In this document: piece by piece, positions 11,248 to 19,406 of the stretch
How positions within the stretch are numbered: position 1 is the first letter of the stretch
How the letters are laid out: each line of letters starts with the position of its first letter
From: Alphaproteobacteria bacterium
GTDB lineage: Bacteria; Pseudomonadota; Alphaproteobacteria; SP197
DNA length: 64,000 nt
Direction: 5' to 3'
Assembly: GCA_965228895.1 (NCBI GenBank)
Contig: OZ245842.1
Span: 896,001-960,000 of the forward strand
Translations under genes and position numbers: made by a program
Notes under the pieces: model-generated
Told to the model about the DNA's origin: nothing
Seen by the model: only the letters and a program-made list of their open reading frames with translations
The model's database searches: none

Positions 11248-12725
11248 AGCGGCCAAACAAAATCACCGCGGCAATGTTGTACGACTTAGTCCAGTGCCCC
11301 CACCGGCCGGCCATGGACCTATTCGGTGATCCCGCCAAGCGCGACGAGGTCAATCCCTTTGTGCAACTGCTGTGGGAGAAGGGCACGGCCTTCGAGCACG
11401 AAGTTATCGATGGCCTCGAAATCCCCATTCTCGATCTTTCGCCCTATGCCGGCGACGAGAAGGAGCGACTGACTATCGAGGCGATGCAACGTGGCGAACC
11501 GCTCATTTACAGCGCCCGAATTTCAGCAGGAGACCTTCTGGGCGATCCGGACCTTCTAAGGCGTGAAGGCGACGGCTACGTGGCCGGCGACATCAAATCG
11601 GGTTCCGGCGAAGAGGGCCAGGACGACAACGCCAAGCTTAAGAAGCACTATGGCGTTCAGCTCGCCCTCTATACGGATATCCTCGAGCGCCGCGGTCTCG
11701 CCGCGTCCAGGCATCCGTTCATCTGGGACGTGCATGGCGAGGAAGTTACCTACGACCTTGAAGAGCCGCAGGGTAAGCGAAACCCCTGGACCATCTGGGA
11801 AATCTATCAGGAGACGCTCAAGCGCGCGCAGGGCATCGTCGCACAGACAGAAAAGACCAATCCTGCTTATAGCGGTGCTTGCAAGCTATGCCATTGGTAT
11901 ACGGCCTGCATGGCTGACCTCGAAAAGGCGGATGATTTGACGCTGTTGCCCGAGCTAGGTCGCGCCAAACGTGACGTCATGCTCGATCAGATCGCGACCG
12001 TGACGGATTTGGCTACAGTCAATATCGACGCCTTCATCTCCGGCAAGAAAAGCGCATTCAAGGGGATTGGCCCTGACACGCTGCAAAAGTTCCATGATCG
12101 AGCCATACTCAGTAAGACCACCGGCGCCGTGCCCTACCTGACGGAGCCGCTCAACCTGCCGACATCCGACACCGAGCTGTTCTTCGATATCGAGGTCGAT
12201 CCGATGCGTGACCTCTGCTACCTCCACGGCTTTGTCGAGCGCCACGGGGGAAATAGTTCGACTGAGCGATACATCGCTTTCTTCGCAGAAGCTGTTAGCA
12301 GCGAGGAGGAAGAGCGGGTTTTTGTTGAGGCTTGGCGCTACATCGCTGATAGCCAACCTTGCGTCGTCTACTACTATTCAAAATACGAACGCACGATCTG
12401 GCGCCAGCTTCACGCGAAGTACCCCTCGGTCTGTTCAGCGGACGATATCGAAGCCTTGTTCGATCCAAGCCAATCGGTCGACCTCTATTTCGATGTTGTA
12501 AAGAAGGCGACAGAGTGGCCGACGCGCGACCACTCGATCAAAACGCTGGCGAAGTTCCTCGGCTTTAACTGGCGCGACACACATCCATCCGGTGCAGCGT
12601 CGATCGAATGGTTCGACCGGTGGATCCGGAGTGGCGACACTACCATCAGGCAGCGAATCCTTGACTATAACGAAGACGATTGTGTTGCGACCCGTGTGGT
12701 GCTCGATGGCATACGGTCTCTGTAG
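11244..12725 (+). CDS. TM0106-family RecB-like nuclease with C-terminal RNase H-like domain
   Basis: GDPDLL...DIKSG...QLALY nuclease motif, CxxC, FFDIE, SIKTLA, YNEDDC. ATG 11244 overlaps the exonuclease stop. Confidence 0.88.
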   Translation: MKRPNKITAAMLYDLVQCPHRPAMDLFGDPAKRDEVNPFVQLLWEKGTAFEHEVIDGLEIPILDLSPYAGDEKERLTIEAMQRGEPLIYSARISAGDLLGDPDLLRREGDGYVAGDIKSGSGEEGQDDNAKLKKHYGVQLALYTDILERRGLAASRHPFIWDVHGEEVTYDLEEPQGKRNPWTIWEIYQETLKRAQGIVAQTEKTNPAYSGACKLCHWYTACMADLEKADDLTLLPELGRAKRDVMLDQIATVTDLATVNIDAFISGKKSAFKGIGPDTLQKFHDRAILSKTTGAVPYLTEPLNLPTSDTELFFDIEVDPMRDLCYLHGFVERHGGNSSTERYIAFFAEAVSSEEEERVFVEAWRYIADSQPCVVYYYSKYERTIWRQLHAKYPSVCSADDIEALFDPSQSVDLYFDVVKKATEWPTRDHSIKTLAKFLGFNWRDTHPSGAASIEWFDRWIRSGDTTIRQRILDYNEDDCVATRVVLDGIRSL

Positions 12726-12912
12726 ATTTGTCGGTCGCTCAAACCGGATTTGCATGTTCAGCCATACAGGCAAGGAGCGGGAGTCGAGGTCGAAAAATCG
12801 GATCCGAAGGTTAAAGGGCCGCAGTCTGCCAGGCGGTGGCGGTTCATGTGTTGGTGAATGTCGGTACATGTACCGATTGCCGACGAACTGTTTGTCTCTC
12901 GCGATCAGGGGG

Positions 12913-13137
12913 TCATAACGACGAGCGATCGGCTTCCTCAAGCTGATCGATCAGTTCATTGATGACCCCGGCTAACTCCTCCAAATCGTGGGTTGCTGAC
13001 AGAATGCGACGCACGGCCGATCGATAATGGATCGTACTTGCCTCATGGGCCTGGCCACTGCAGGTGGCCTCGTGCGCTGCTTCGGCAAACGACGTTGCCG
13101 TTGCGAACAGCCGTGCGATGATCTCGTGTGGGCTCAT
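12913..13137 (-). CDS. Small helical hypothetical protein
   Basis: 74-aa ORF (MSPHEIIARLFATATS...); no recognisable motif. Confidence 0.45.
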   Translation of the reverse strand: MSPHEIIARLFATATSFAEAAHEATCSGQAHEASTIHYRSAVRRILSATHDLEELAGVINELIDQLEEADRSSL

Positions 13138-13287
13138 GTCCAGTGTGCTGCCCCACTGCCGGGGAAACACTGACGCTTCCTGGGCTCGAGAAGTCTAGTC
13201 TTTAGTTCGTGTAGCAGGCCGTGTGTTCCCGGGACCAGACCAATGGAGTCGGAGCAAGACGTCGAGGCTTCGCCGATCAAGGAGGTC

Positions 13288-14244
13288 TCAGCCGACTTTC
13301 TGTATTAGCCAATTGAAGAGACCTGCTTCGAGCGCAAGCTCTGACAGTCGCTCGGGGCCAACCAGGGTCACTCTGGGATCGTCGGCCACTAAGGGCAAGG
13401 AGGTCGTATGGTAGGCATAGAACATGCGAGCGTCCGGGATCTCGCCCATGCGTGCGATGTACTCATTGAGCTGGCTCTGATCGGTTGCCGACTTAACCTG
13501 GACGAAGGCATGTTCGCCGGTGCTTGGTAGTTCAAGCTCAATGTCGACGGTGCGCTGCGTACCGCCAGTTTCACCTAACCGACGCCAGCCACTCTGGGCG
13601 AATACTAGCTCAACGAGAAGTTCGAAGTCTTGCCAGGTCAGGTGGTTCATCAATGCCTGGATCGACGCAAGCGTCATGACCTTGGCTTCCTTGGCCTGAC
13701 CGATGACAGGTAGGTCTTCGCCATTGATCTTGGCGAGGAGATAGTCGATGGCATCGACGTCGCAGATTGTTCCGCGGTAGCCGGCGGTGCGGGTCAGCCG
13801 GCCATTCATTTCGCGCTGCCGCAGCGGGTGACCGCCGAGACTCGTGTTATGCCATCCATCCTCGGTTCGGCGCAGACGGCTGCCATTCGGGTGGGCCTGA
13901 CGATCGTGGCCTATGAACTCGACACCGAGCCTCGCATGGCACCACCACAGAAATCCCTTGTGGAAGGTGATCCACAAAGTCTCCGCTGGTGTGTGATAGA
14001 AATCCAGCACTTGGCGCGCGTGTCCAGAGGCTGTTCCCTTCGTTTGGCCGAGCTTGATGTAAATGTCTTGAATGGGCTCACGTTCGCCGGCAAGCGCCAA
14101 TTCGTGCGGCACTTCATAGTAGGCAAGGCGCAAGGTGCCATCCTTGAGGCACAATTCCTCCCATGCACCGGCCTCGCCCAGTTTGATGAACTTGGCTGAT
14201 CTTGCCGCGATGCGCTCTGCGGGTGGTGACGATGTGGTTCCCAT
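13288..14244 (-). CDS. Mrr-like (type IV) restriction endonuclease
   Basis: C-terminal LTWQDFELLVELVF..SGW...DIEL...FVQVKS matches the Mrr_cat D..QxK motif; N-terminal FIKLG...W...GTLRL region is a possible recognition domain. Confidence 0.8.
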   Translation of the reverse strand: MGTTSSPPAERIAARSAKFIKLGEAGAWEELCLKDGTLRLAYYEVPHELALAGEREPIQDIYIKLGQTKGTASGHARQVLDFYHTPAETLWITFHKGFLWWCHARLGVEFIGHDRQAHPNGSRLRRTEDGWHNTSLGGHPLRQREMNGRLTRTAGYRGTICDVDAIDYLLAKINGEDLPVIGQAKEAKVMTLASIQALMNHLTWQDFELLVELVFAQSGWRRLGETGGTQRTVDIELELPSTGEHAFVQVKSATDQSQLNEYIARMGEIPDARMFYAYHTTSLPLVADDPRVTLVGPERLSELALEAGLFNWLIQKVG

Positions 14245-14284
14245 AGGGCAAGTCAGGCTTCCTCTGCTGGGGAAGTCAACCAAA

Positions 14285-14319
14285 ATGAGACTTATAGTCT
14301 GTAGAACAAACGTCTACAT
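14285..14319 (+). promoter_or_regulatory. C-box operator of an R-M controller protein
   Basis: ATGAGACTTATAGTCTGTAGAACAAACGTCTACAT: perfect GACT-TAT-AGTC left operator, central GT, degenerate right operator and ATG...CAT flanks. This is the 35-bp layout known for C.Esp1396I-type operators, 18 bp upstream of the C gene. Confidence 0.8.
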
Positions 14320-14337
14320 GTCGGCCTGCTTCCGTTC

Positions 14338-14541
14338 ATGGATATCCGCAGGCAGGTCGGGCTCAACGTCCGGATGTTCCGGGAGGAAAAAGGCTGGTCT
14401 CAGGAGGAGTTAGCCTTCGAGTGCGGCCTGCACCGGACCTATATTAGCGGTATAGAGAGAGGCGTTCGCAATCCAACAGTTACGTCTCTTGAAAAGATTG
14501 CTGCATGCCTAGATGTACAGCCCTCACAGCTGCTCGAGTGA
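14338..14541 (+). CDS. XRE HTH controller (C) protein
   Basis: SQEELAFECGLHRTYISGIERGVRNPT is the C-protein recognition-helix signature; preceded by a C-box. Confidence 0.88.
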   Translation: MDIRRQVGLNVRMFREEKGWSQEELAFECGLHRTYISGIERGVRNPTVTSLEKIAACLDVQPSQLLE

Positions 14542-14678
14542 TCGTCCCTATCACTATGATGCGTTGCAGAGTGATGATTCGTCCCTGCCACGAGGCCAGG
14601 TGATTTACTCTCTCGTTCGAAGACTGAAGGAGGTACGATTATGAACGGCACAATCTTTGTATCCTTGATGGCTTAACG

Positions 14679-15461
14679 ATGTCGCGATCAAATCTCATCG
14701 ACCTCGCCAATCAGTCTGACGTCAAGCGCATTACTGAGTTCGGAAAGGCGGCACAGGGTCTGCATACGAAAGACATAGCTGACGCATACGACCTCACCAA
14801 GGCAATTGCTCCAAAGCGGCATGCTCGCGGAAAGTCATACATTGGGACTCGGAAAGGCGTGACGAGTTCAGGCTCAACATCGACACGCCGTGAAGAGCAT
14901 CTAGCGGTCGCCATGTTCAATCGGTCTTCCGCGGGGGTACCGTTCGTACTTCCTGACGGACGTACCCTTGAGATTTTGGACTATCAAACTCCACTGAAGG
15001 CAAGGCAGGGTGACAAGAAGATTGGCAAGTTGGATCTACTGGGGATCCTTGACAACGAGTGGAAGTGCGTCATCGAACTGAAGGTCGATGGCGAGAATGG
15101 ATCTCGAGGTGACACGCCGCTAAGAGCCTTGCTTGAGGGCTTGGCTTACTGCGCGATAGTTGATGCTAACAGCGTCGAGTTTAATGCGGAGATCCAAGAA
15201 CGGTTTGGTTATGCGGCTAGTGAGGCGTCGCCAGTCCTGATGGTCATGGCGCCGAGTAGTTACTGGCAAAGCTATGTCTCCAATAGGAGAGCAGGCGATT
15301 GGCGGCAGGTGGTCTCCGATCTCGCTAGTCGTGTCAGAGTCTCAGTTGGTGTTGAGACGGTGTTTGCGTCCCTAGTGGATTCAGGCTTTGAGATGGGCCT
15401 TGCAGGGAAGCCGCCCCGCCTCTTGGGTAGTTGCACTTTGGACTACCCACCGGGACTCTGA
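14679..15461 (+). CDS. Putative PD-(D/E)xK nuclease
   Basis: EEHLA...GKLDLLG...VIELK...TPLRALLEGLAY. Confidence 0.7.
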   Translation: MSRSNLIDLANQSDVKRITEFGKAAQGLHTKDIADAYDLTKAIAPKRHARGKSYIGTRKGVTSSGSTSTRREEHLAVAMFNRSSAGVPFVLPDGRTLEILDYQTPLKARQGDKKIGKLDLLGILDNEWKCVIELKVDGENGSRGDTPLRALLEGLAYCAIVDANSVEFNAEIQERFGYAASEASPVLMVMAPSSYWQSYVSNRRAGDWRQVVSDLASRVRVSVGVETVFASLVDSGFEMGLAGKPPRLLGSCTLDYPPGL

Positions 15462-15476
15462 ACTTACATCGAAGGC

Positions 15477-16481
15477 ATGCCGTTCATGTCAAGCACTGCA
15501 TTAGAGGAGTACGTTGAAAAGGTCACGGAGCGGCTTTGGGACTACGCAGAAGCCAGCTTAGGCCATGATGCGCAACGCAAGCTTGCGGCATCTACTCGCT
15601 CGAACACCAGGTCTCCTGTTTTCAAGAGGGAATACTCAGACGAAAATCTACTTGCATCACCTTCAATCGATCCTGACGCAAGGCGCCGTATTGTTAACGC
15701 CATCACAGCACACCAGCGCCATCGCTACTTTGCAAGCATGCGAAGTTCGCAAGCTCTCGCACAAACAGTGTTTGGCAATCTGTCAGTTCAAGGCAAACAG
15801 CATCTACTAAGAAAACTCGTGTGCGACGATGGTCAAGCAGCCTTCTCAAGCGACGTAGCCACCCGACACATCAAGTTTGAACTTGAACTCAAACATCTTG
15901 GAGAACCGCGACCAACTTCAATTGACGTGTGGATTGATAGACCGAGCCCGATTGCCATCGAGTGTAAGTTCACAGAAGCTGACTTTGGGCGATGTTCTCG
16001 ACCTAGCCTTCGGCCAAACGACGCTTCCTATGAACGTCAGTTCTGCGATGGATCATATGTGCGCCAGCGGGGTCGCGATGAGCGGTGCTCACTGACAGAG
16101 ATTGGTGTGAGGTATTGGCAGCACTTGCCACGAGTCTTTGATTGGGACCCATCGTCGGACCTGCGTCCGTGTCCGCTCAGAGACAGCTATCAACTTGCCA
16201 GAAATGTTCTCGCAGTTACGTCGGGGCGGTATGAAAGCGATCGGGGCCATGTTCTAGTGATCTATGATGCCAACAATCCCTCATTTCATGAGGGAGGCGC
16301 AGCAGAGTTTCAGTGGCAAGCGACAAGGCGTGCTCTTCTCGACTCAACGCTCCTTCGTCGATGTACATGGCAAGCTCTTTGCGCGTGCTTGTTGTCCGAC
16401 TCTGATCTCTCCTGGTTGGTTAGCGCCATTGACAAAAAGTACGGTTTTATCACTAACCGAAACTTCACTAGGGCTGACTAA
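15477..16481 (+). CDS. PGN_0703-like putative restriction endonuclease, Cys-rich
   Basis: SSQAL..VF, PTSIDV, IECKFTE, YQLARN; four spaced cysteines after the ExK motif. Confidence 0.72.
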   Translation: MPFMSSTALEEYVEKVTERLWDYAEASLGHDAQRKLAASTRSNTRSPVFKREYSDENLLASPSIDPDARRRIVNAITAHQRHRYFASMRSSQALAQTVFGNLSVQGKQHLLRKLVCDDGQAAFSSDVATRHIKFELELKHLGEPRPTSIDVWIDRPSPIAIECKFTEADFGRCSRPSLRPNDASYERQFCDGSYVRQRGRDERCSLTEIGVRYWQHLPRVFDWDPSSDLRPCPLRDSYQLARNVLAVTSGRYESDRGHVLVIYDANNPSFHEGGAAEFQWQATRRALLDSTLLRRCTWQALCACLLSDSDLSWLVSAIDKKYGFITNRNFTRAD

Positions 16482-17007
16482 CGACAGCAACCTATGCAAA
16501 CGTGCCCGCGCCTGGTTCGTAGCGGCTTCGATACAAGCAACGAGAACTCGTCCTTCTCCATTGAGCGCGCCTGCTTCCTGTTGTTGGGTGAGCAGGAGCG
16601 ATCGGAAGAGCAAAACCCAAGCTAGAAGCTGTGAAGTTAGTCTATGGCTGTCATTCGATCTCATATGCGTCGTCAGAGCAGATCACCAAGTCGTTCTTTG
16701 TCTCGAGTTAGCTTTTCGGCATAGGTATGCAAGACTTCAGTACTGTCGGTTTCCACGCCGACCTCCACCGTCCGACGCGGTCTCGTTTATGAACGAGAGT
16801 ACATTGGCGCGTTTACTAAGCAATGCACGTTGCACCAGGGTCCCGTTAGAGCAAAGTCGGATGGCTGCCCTATGTTGTGGCAATGGATTGGTGCAGGAGA
16901 ACGTTTAGGCTGTGCTTTGCAATGCTATCGTTTCACAATGTTTCCAAGCCGCGCAAGTCGCAGAGTAGTGTTGAGAATGATGGACAGTGTCGTCGCCACT
17001 AGACTGA

Positions 17008-17784
17008 GTGACAGTTTGTTGTGCGTTTCTAGAATTCGCTGCTGATGTGAATGACGGTATGTCAAGCGACGCTCAAAACGGCTATCTTCTGGCGTACGCC
17101 CAAGTGGATGATGATTGCAGAACGTTTCTGCAGTCGACTGAAACCACACCCCGTGACTACCTTGTGCGGCTGGAAACAATGCTTGCGGCTACCGACGAGT
17201 ATCATCTCATTCATATGGAGGCCGTGACGAATCTCGATCGTGCTTGGCAAAGGTTGGCAGAGCTTGTTTCCGCGGAAGCTCAGAGGACATCAACACCAGT
17301 TGATTCACTTTCTAGAGCGTGGTTGGTAGGTATTGTTCGAAAGGTTGCCCGGGAATTCCCAGCAGCTGAGCCACAATCATCGTGGCCGCAAACAGGCGAA
17401 GCCGGTAGTGCAGCTACATCTACCGATCGTGGGCTCGAAGAGTTTCTCCGAGGCATCGAAGACCAGTACCGCGACCTTTTTCTCGCACTGCGAGAACGCA
17501 CTCTATCTCTTGGCGAAGATATTACGGAGCGTGTTCGAACACGAACGATTGCCTACGCTACAGAACGCGTGTTTCTTGAAATCAGATTTCAAAGAAACGG
17601 TCTGCGTCTGCTTATGTTGGACATTAGACCGTTTGAAAGCTCTCTTGCAGTTGAGACCGTTCCAGAATCACATGGTTGGGGACTACTGAATCAAAAGGTC
17701 ATTCTGGCGGAGAATGCAGATCTTCAGGAGTCCGTGGAGTTGGTACGATCTTCGTACGTCCTGTCAAAAGGAGTTTCAAGGTAG
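17008..17784 (+). CDS. Protein with a C-terminal DUF5655-like domain (start uncertain)
   Basis: LFLALRERTLSLGEDITERVRTRTIAY...FLEIRFQRNGLRL...HGWG resembles DUF5655. Confidence 0.65.
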   Translation: MTVCCAFLEFAADVNDGMSSDAQNGYLLAYAQVDDDCRTFLQSTETTPRDYLVRLETMLAATDEYHLIHMEAVTNLDRAWQRLAELVSAEAQRTSTPVDSLSRAWLVGIVRKVAREFPAAEPQSSWPQTGEAGSAATSTDRGLEEFLRGIEDQYRDLFLALRERTLSLGEDITERVRTRTIAYATERVFLEIRFQRNGLRLLMLDIRPFESSLAVETVPESHGWGLLNQKVILAENADLQESVELVRSSYVLSKGVSR

Positions 17785-17810
17785 ACTAGTTGGAAGAATA
17801 GCTACGGCTG

Positions 17811-19406
17811 TCAAGGAGTCGCGTTAAGTGCAAGTCTCTTCTCTACGATCTCGCGAATGGACTTTCTCATGGAATCACACTGTCCGGGCCTAGCTGAGAG
17901 AGCTCCTATCTCATTCCCATAGTCAATGGATCCGCCAGGGTAGAAAACACCGGCGAACGCGACGGGTCGATTTCCATCGACATCGCGAATTGCATCTCGA
18001 TAGGCGTGCATCTTATCTATGTCTTCCTTCTTGGGCCGGCCGCCAGGATTTCCATCAGATGTGTACTCACTGTCGAGCTTGTATTTGGGATCAAACAAAA
18101 CGAGTGTGGATCTGTCGGAACTGCCCCTACGGATCTCGATGGTGATGTCGGGTCTTTGGGGCAAGCTTATGCTCTGATACCGTCCATGCCGTCCAAACGA
18201 GAGCTCTGGTGTGAAACTGACCGTCGTATCGGTTTCTTCGCGCCGCAGTGTCAGTGATGGTCGACCGTCTGGTAGTACACTAATGAACGTCTCACCCGCT
18301 CTCTTGTGTGTGAGGCGGTGTGAGATAACCGTAAACTCGAGCTCGTCAGCGAGTTCGAGTAGAGCATCGATCGTCGTCAGCGTGCACCATGTTTGGTAGA
18401 GCGATGGCAGGTTCTCCAGAGGCGCCTCAATCATCTGCTGATCGAGCTGAACAATCATACCCCGGTTAAACTCGAGAAAACGTTCGAGCGACGCGCGGTA
18501 TGGCGGGCGGCGCAGGAGAACCATTGTGAGATTGAGTGGCAGGAATTCCGGCAACGTCACCTCGTCGAGAAACCTTGCGACAATACGTGACTGACGCAGC
18601 GCTTTCTCAAGAGTGTCAAGCTCTGCAATGAGGTTGTTCTGATCTTTGGTTAGAAGCCTGCGGCGAACCGCTCTTAGTCTCAGGCCAACCTGATGATCGA
18701 ACATCTTAACGAGGCGATTCTCATAAACATCAAAAGTATGTTCGACGCGTTGGTCGATGACGCGTCTGGGGAGGCCGTCATCGCGGAGGTTTCCAGGCCT
18801 TACAACAGCCTGAACCAGTCCAGTCGCCAACGGACGACGCGCACGCTCTCTCGTCACCCAATGGTTCTCAGTTCGGAGAACTCGATGTGGGTCTAACGCG
18901 AGTTCACGAAGAATCGAAGCAAGCCCCGGAACTCCGTCGTCTGCCCCAAGTATGGCTCGCCTAAGTCTATGGACCTCTTGTGCTAGCGTCGTTTCATGAG
19001 ACGTCGTAATCGAGATCCCAGAGAGTGCTCCGGTACTCTGCAACGCAAGGGCAATTGATACGGGCAACCTCTCTTCCAGGTCATCGATAAGTTCCGAGAA
19101 TTCATCATCGCTGATCTTTTGCGGACGGACTGTAACGACCTTTTCCTCGGCAACGTCGCGCATTTGGAAGGCGACCTTGTAGTTACCCGTTCCGGCACGC
19201 TCCCACGGGACAACAACCCGTTCAGTGCCTGCAACTCTCTCGAGTCGAGCAGCTAGCTTTCTCCCTTGAACTGTGACTTCGACGTTTCCCCACTCTGAGG
19301 GATCCACATCAATCGCAATCAGCGCTGGCGTCCACTCAAGTGGCGCATCTAGAGGCGCTCCATCCAGGCTGAGAAAGGTAATCTTAGAAGTAGGACGTGA
19401 AGCCAT
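17811..19406 (-). CDS. mcrC: McrC-like DUF2357 + PD-(D/E)xK nuclease
   Basis: TFDVYENRLVK, LYQTWC, RPDITI...LFDPKYK...DIDKMHAYRDAI; start overlaps the mcrB-like gene. Confidence 0.85.
   Translation of the reverse strand: MASRPTSKITFLSLDGAPLDAPLEWTPALIAIDVDPSEWGNVEVTVQGRKLAARLERVAGTERVVVPWERAGTGNYKVAFQMRDVAEEKVVTVRPQKISDDEFSELIDDLEERLPVSIALALQSTGALSGISITTSHETTLAQEVHRLRRAILGADDGVPGLASILRELALDPHRVLRTENHWVTRERARRPLATGLVQAVVRPGNLRDDGLPRRVIDQRVEHTFDVYENRLVKMFDHQVGLRLRAVRRRLLTKDQNNLIAELDTLEKALRQSRIVARFLDEVTLPEFLPLNLTMVLLRRPPYRASLERFLEFNRGMIVQLDQQMIEAPLENLPSLYQTWCTLTTIDALLELADELEFTVISHRLTHKRAGETFISVLPDGRPSLTLRREETDTTVSFTPELSFGRHGRYQSISLPQRPDITIEIRRGSSDRSTLVLFDPKYKLDSEYTSDGNPGGRPKKEDIDKMHAYRDAIRDVDGNRPVAFAGVFYPGGSIDYGNEIGALSARPGQCDSMRKSIREIVEKRLALNATP

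Noticed and set aside
11244-12725. Cas4 / CRISPR locus
   Set aside because: The RecB-like motif belongs to a TM0106-type architecture, and I saw no cas1/cas2 or repeat-spacer array anywhere in the window.
16264-16908. 214-aa ORF and other ORFs in 16.5-17.0 kb
   Set aside because: It overlaps the nuclease gene out of frame, with atypical composition and no RBS or motifs; probably intergenic or decayed DNA.
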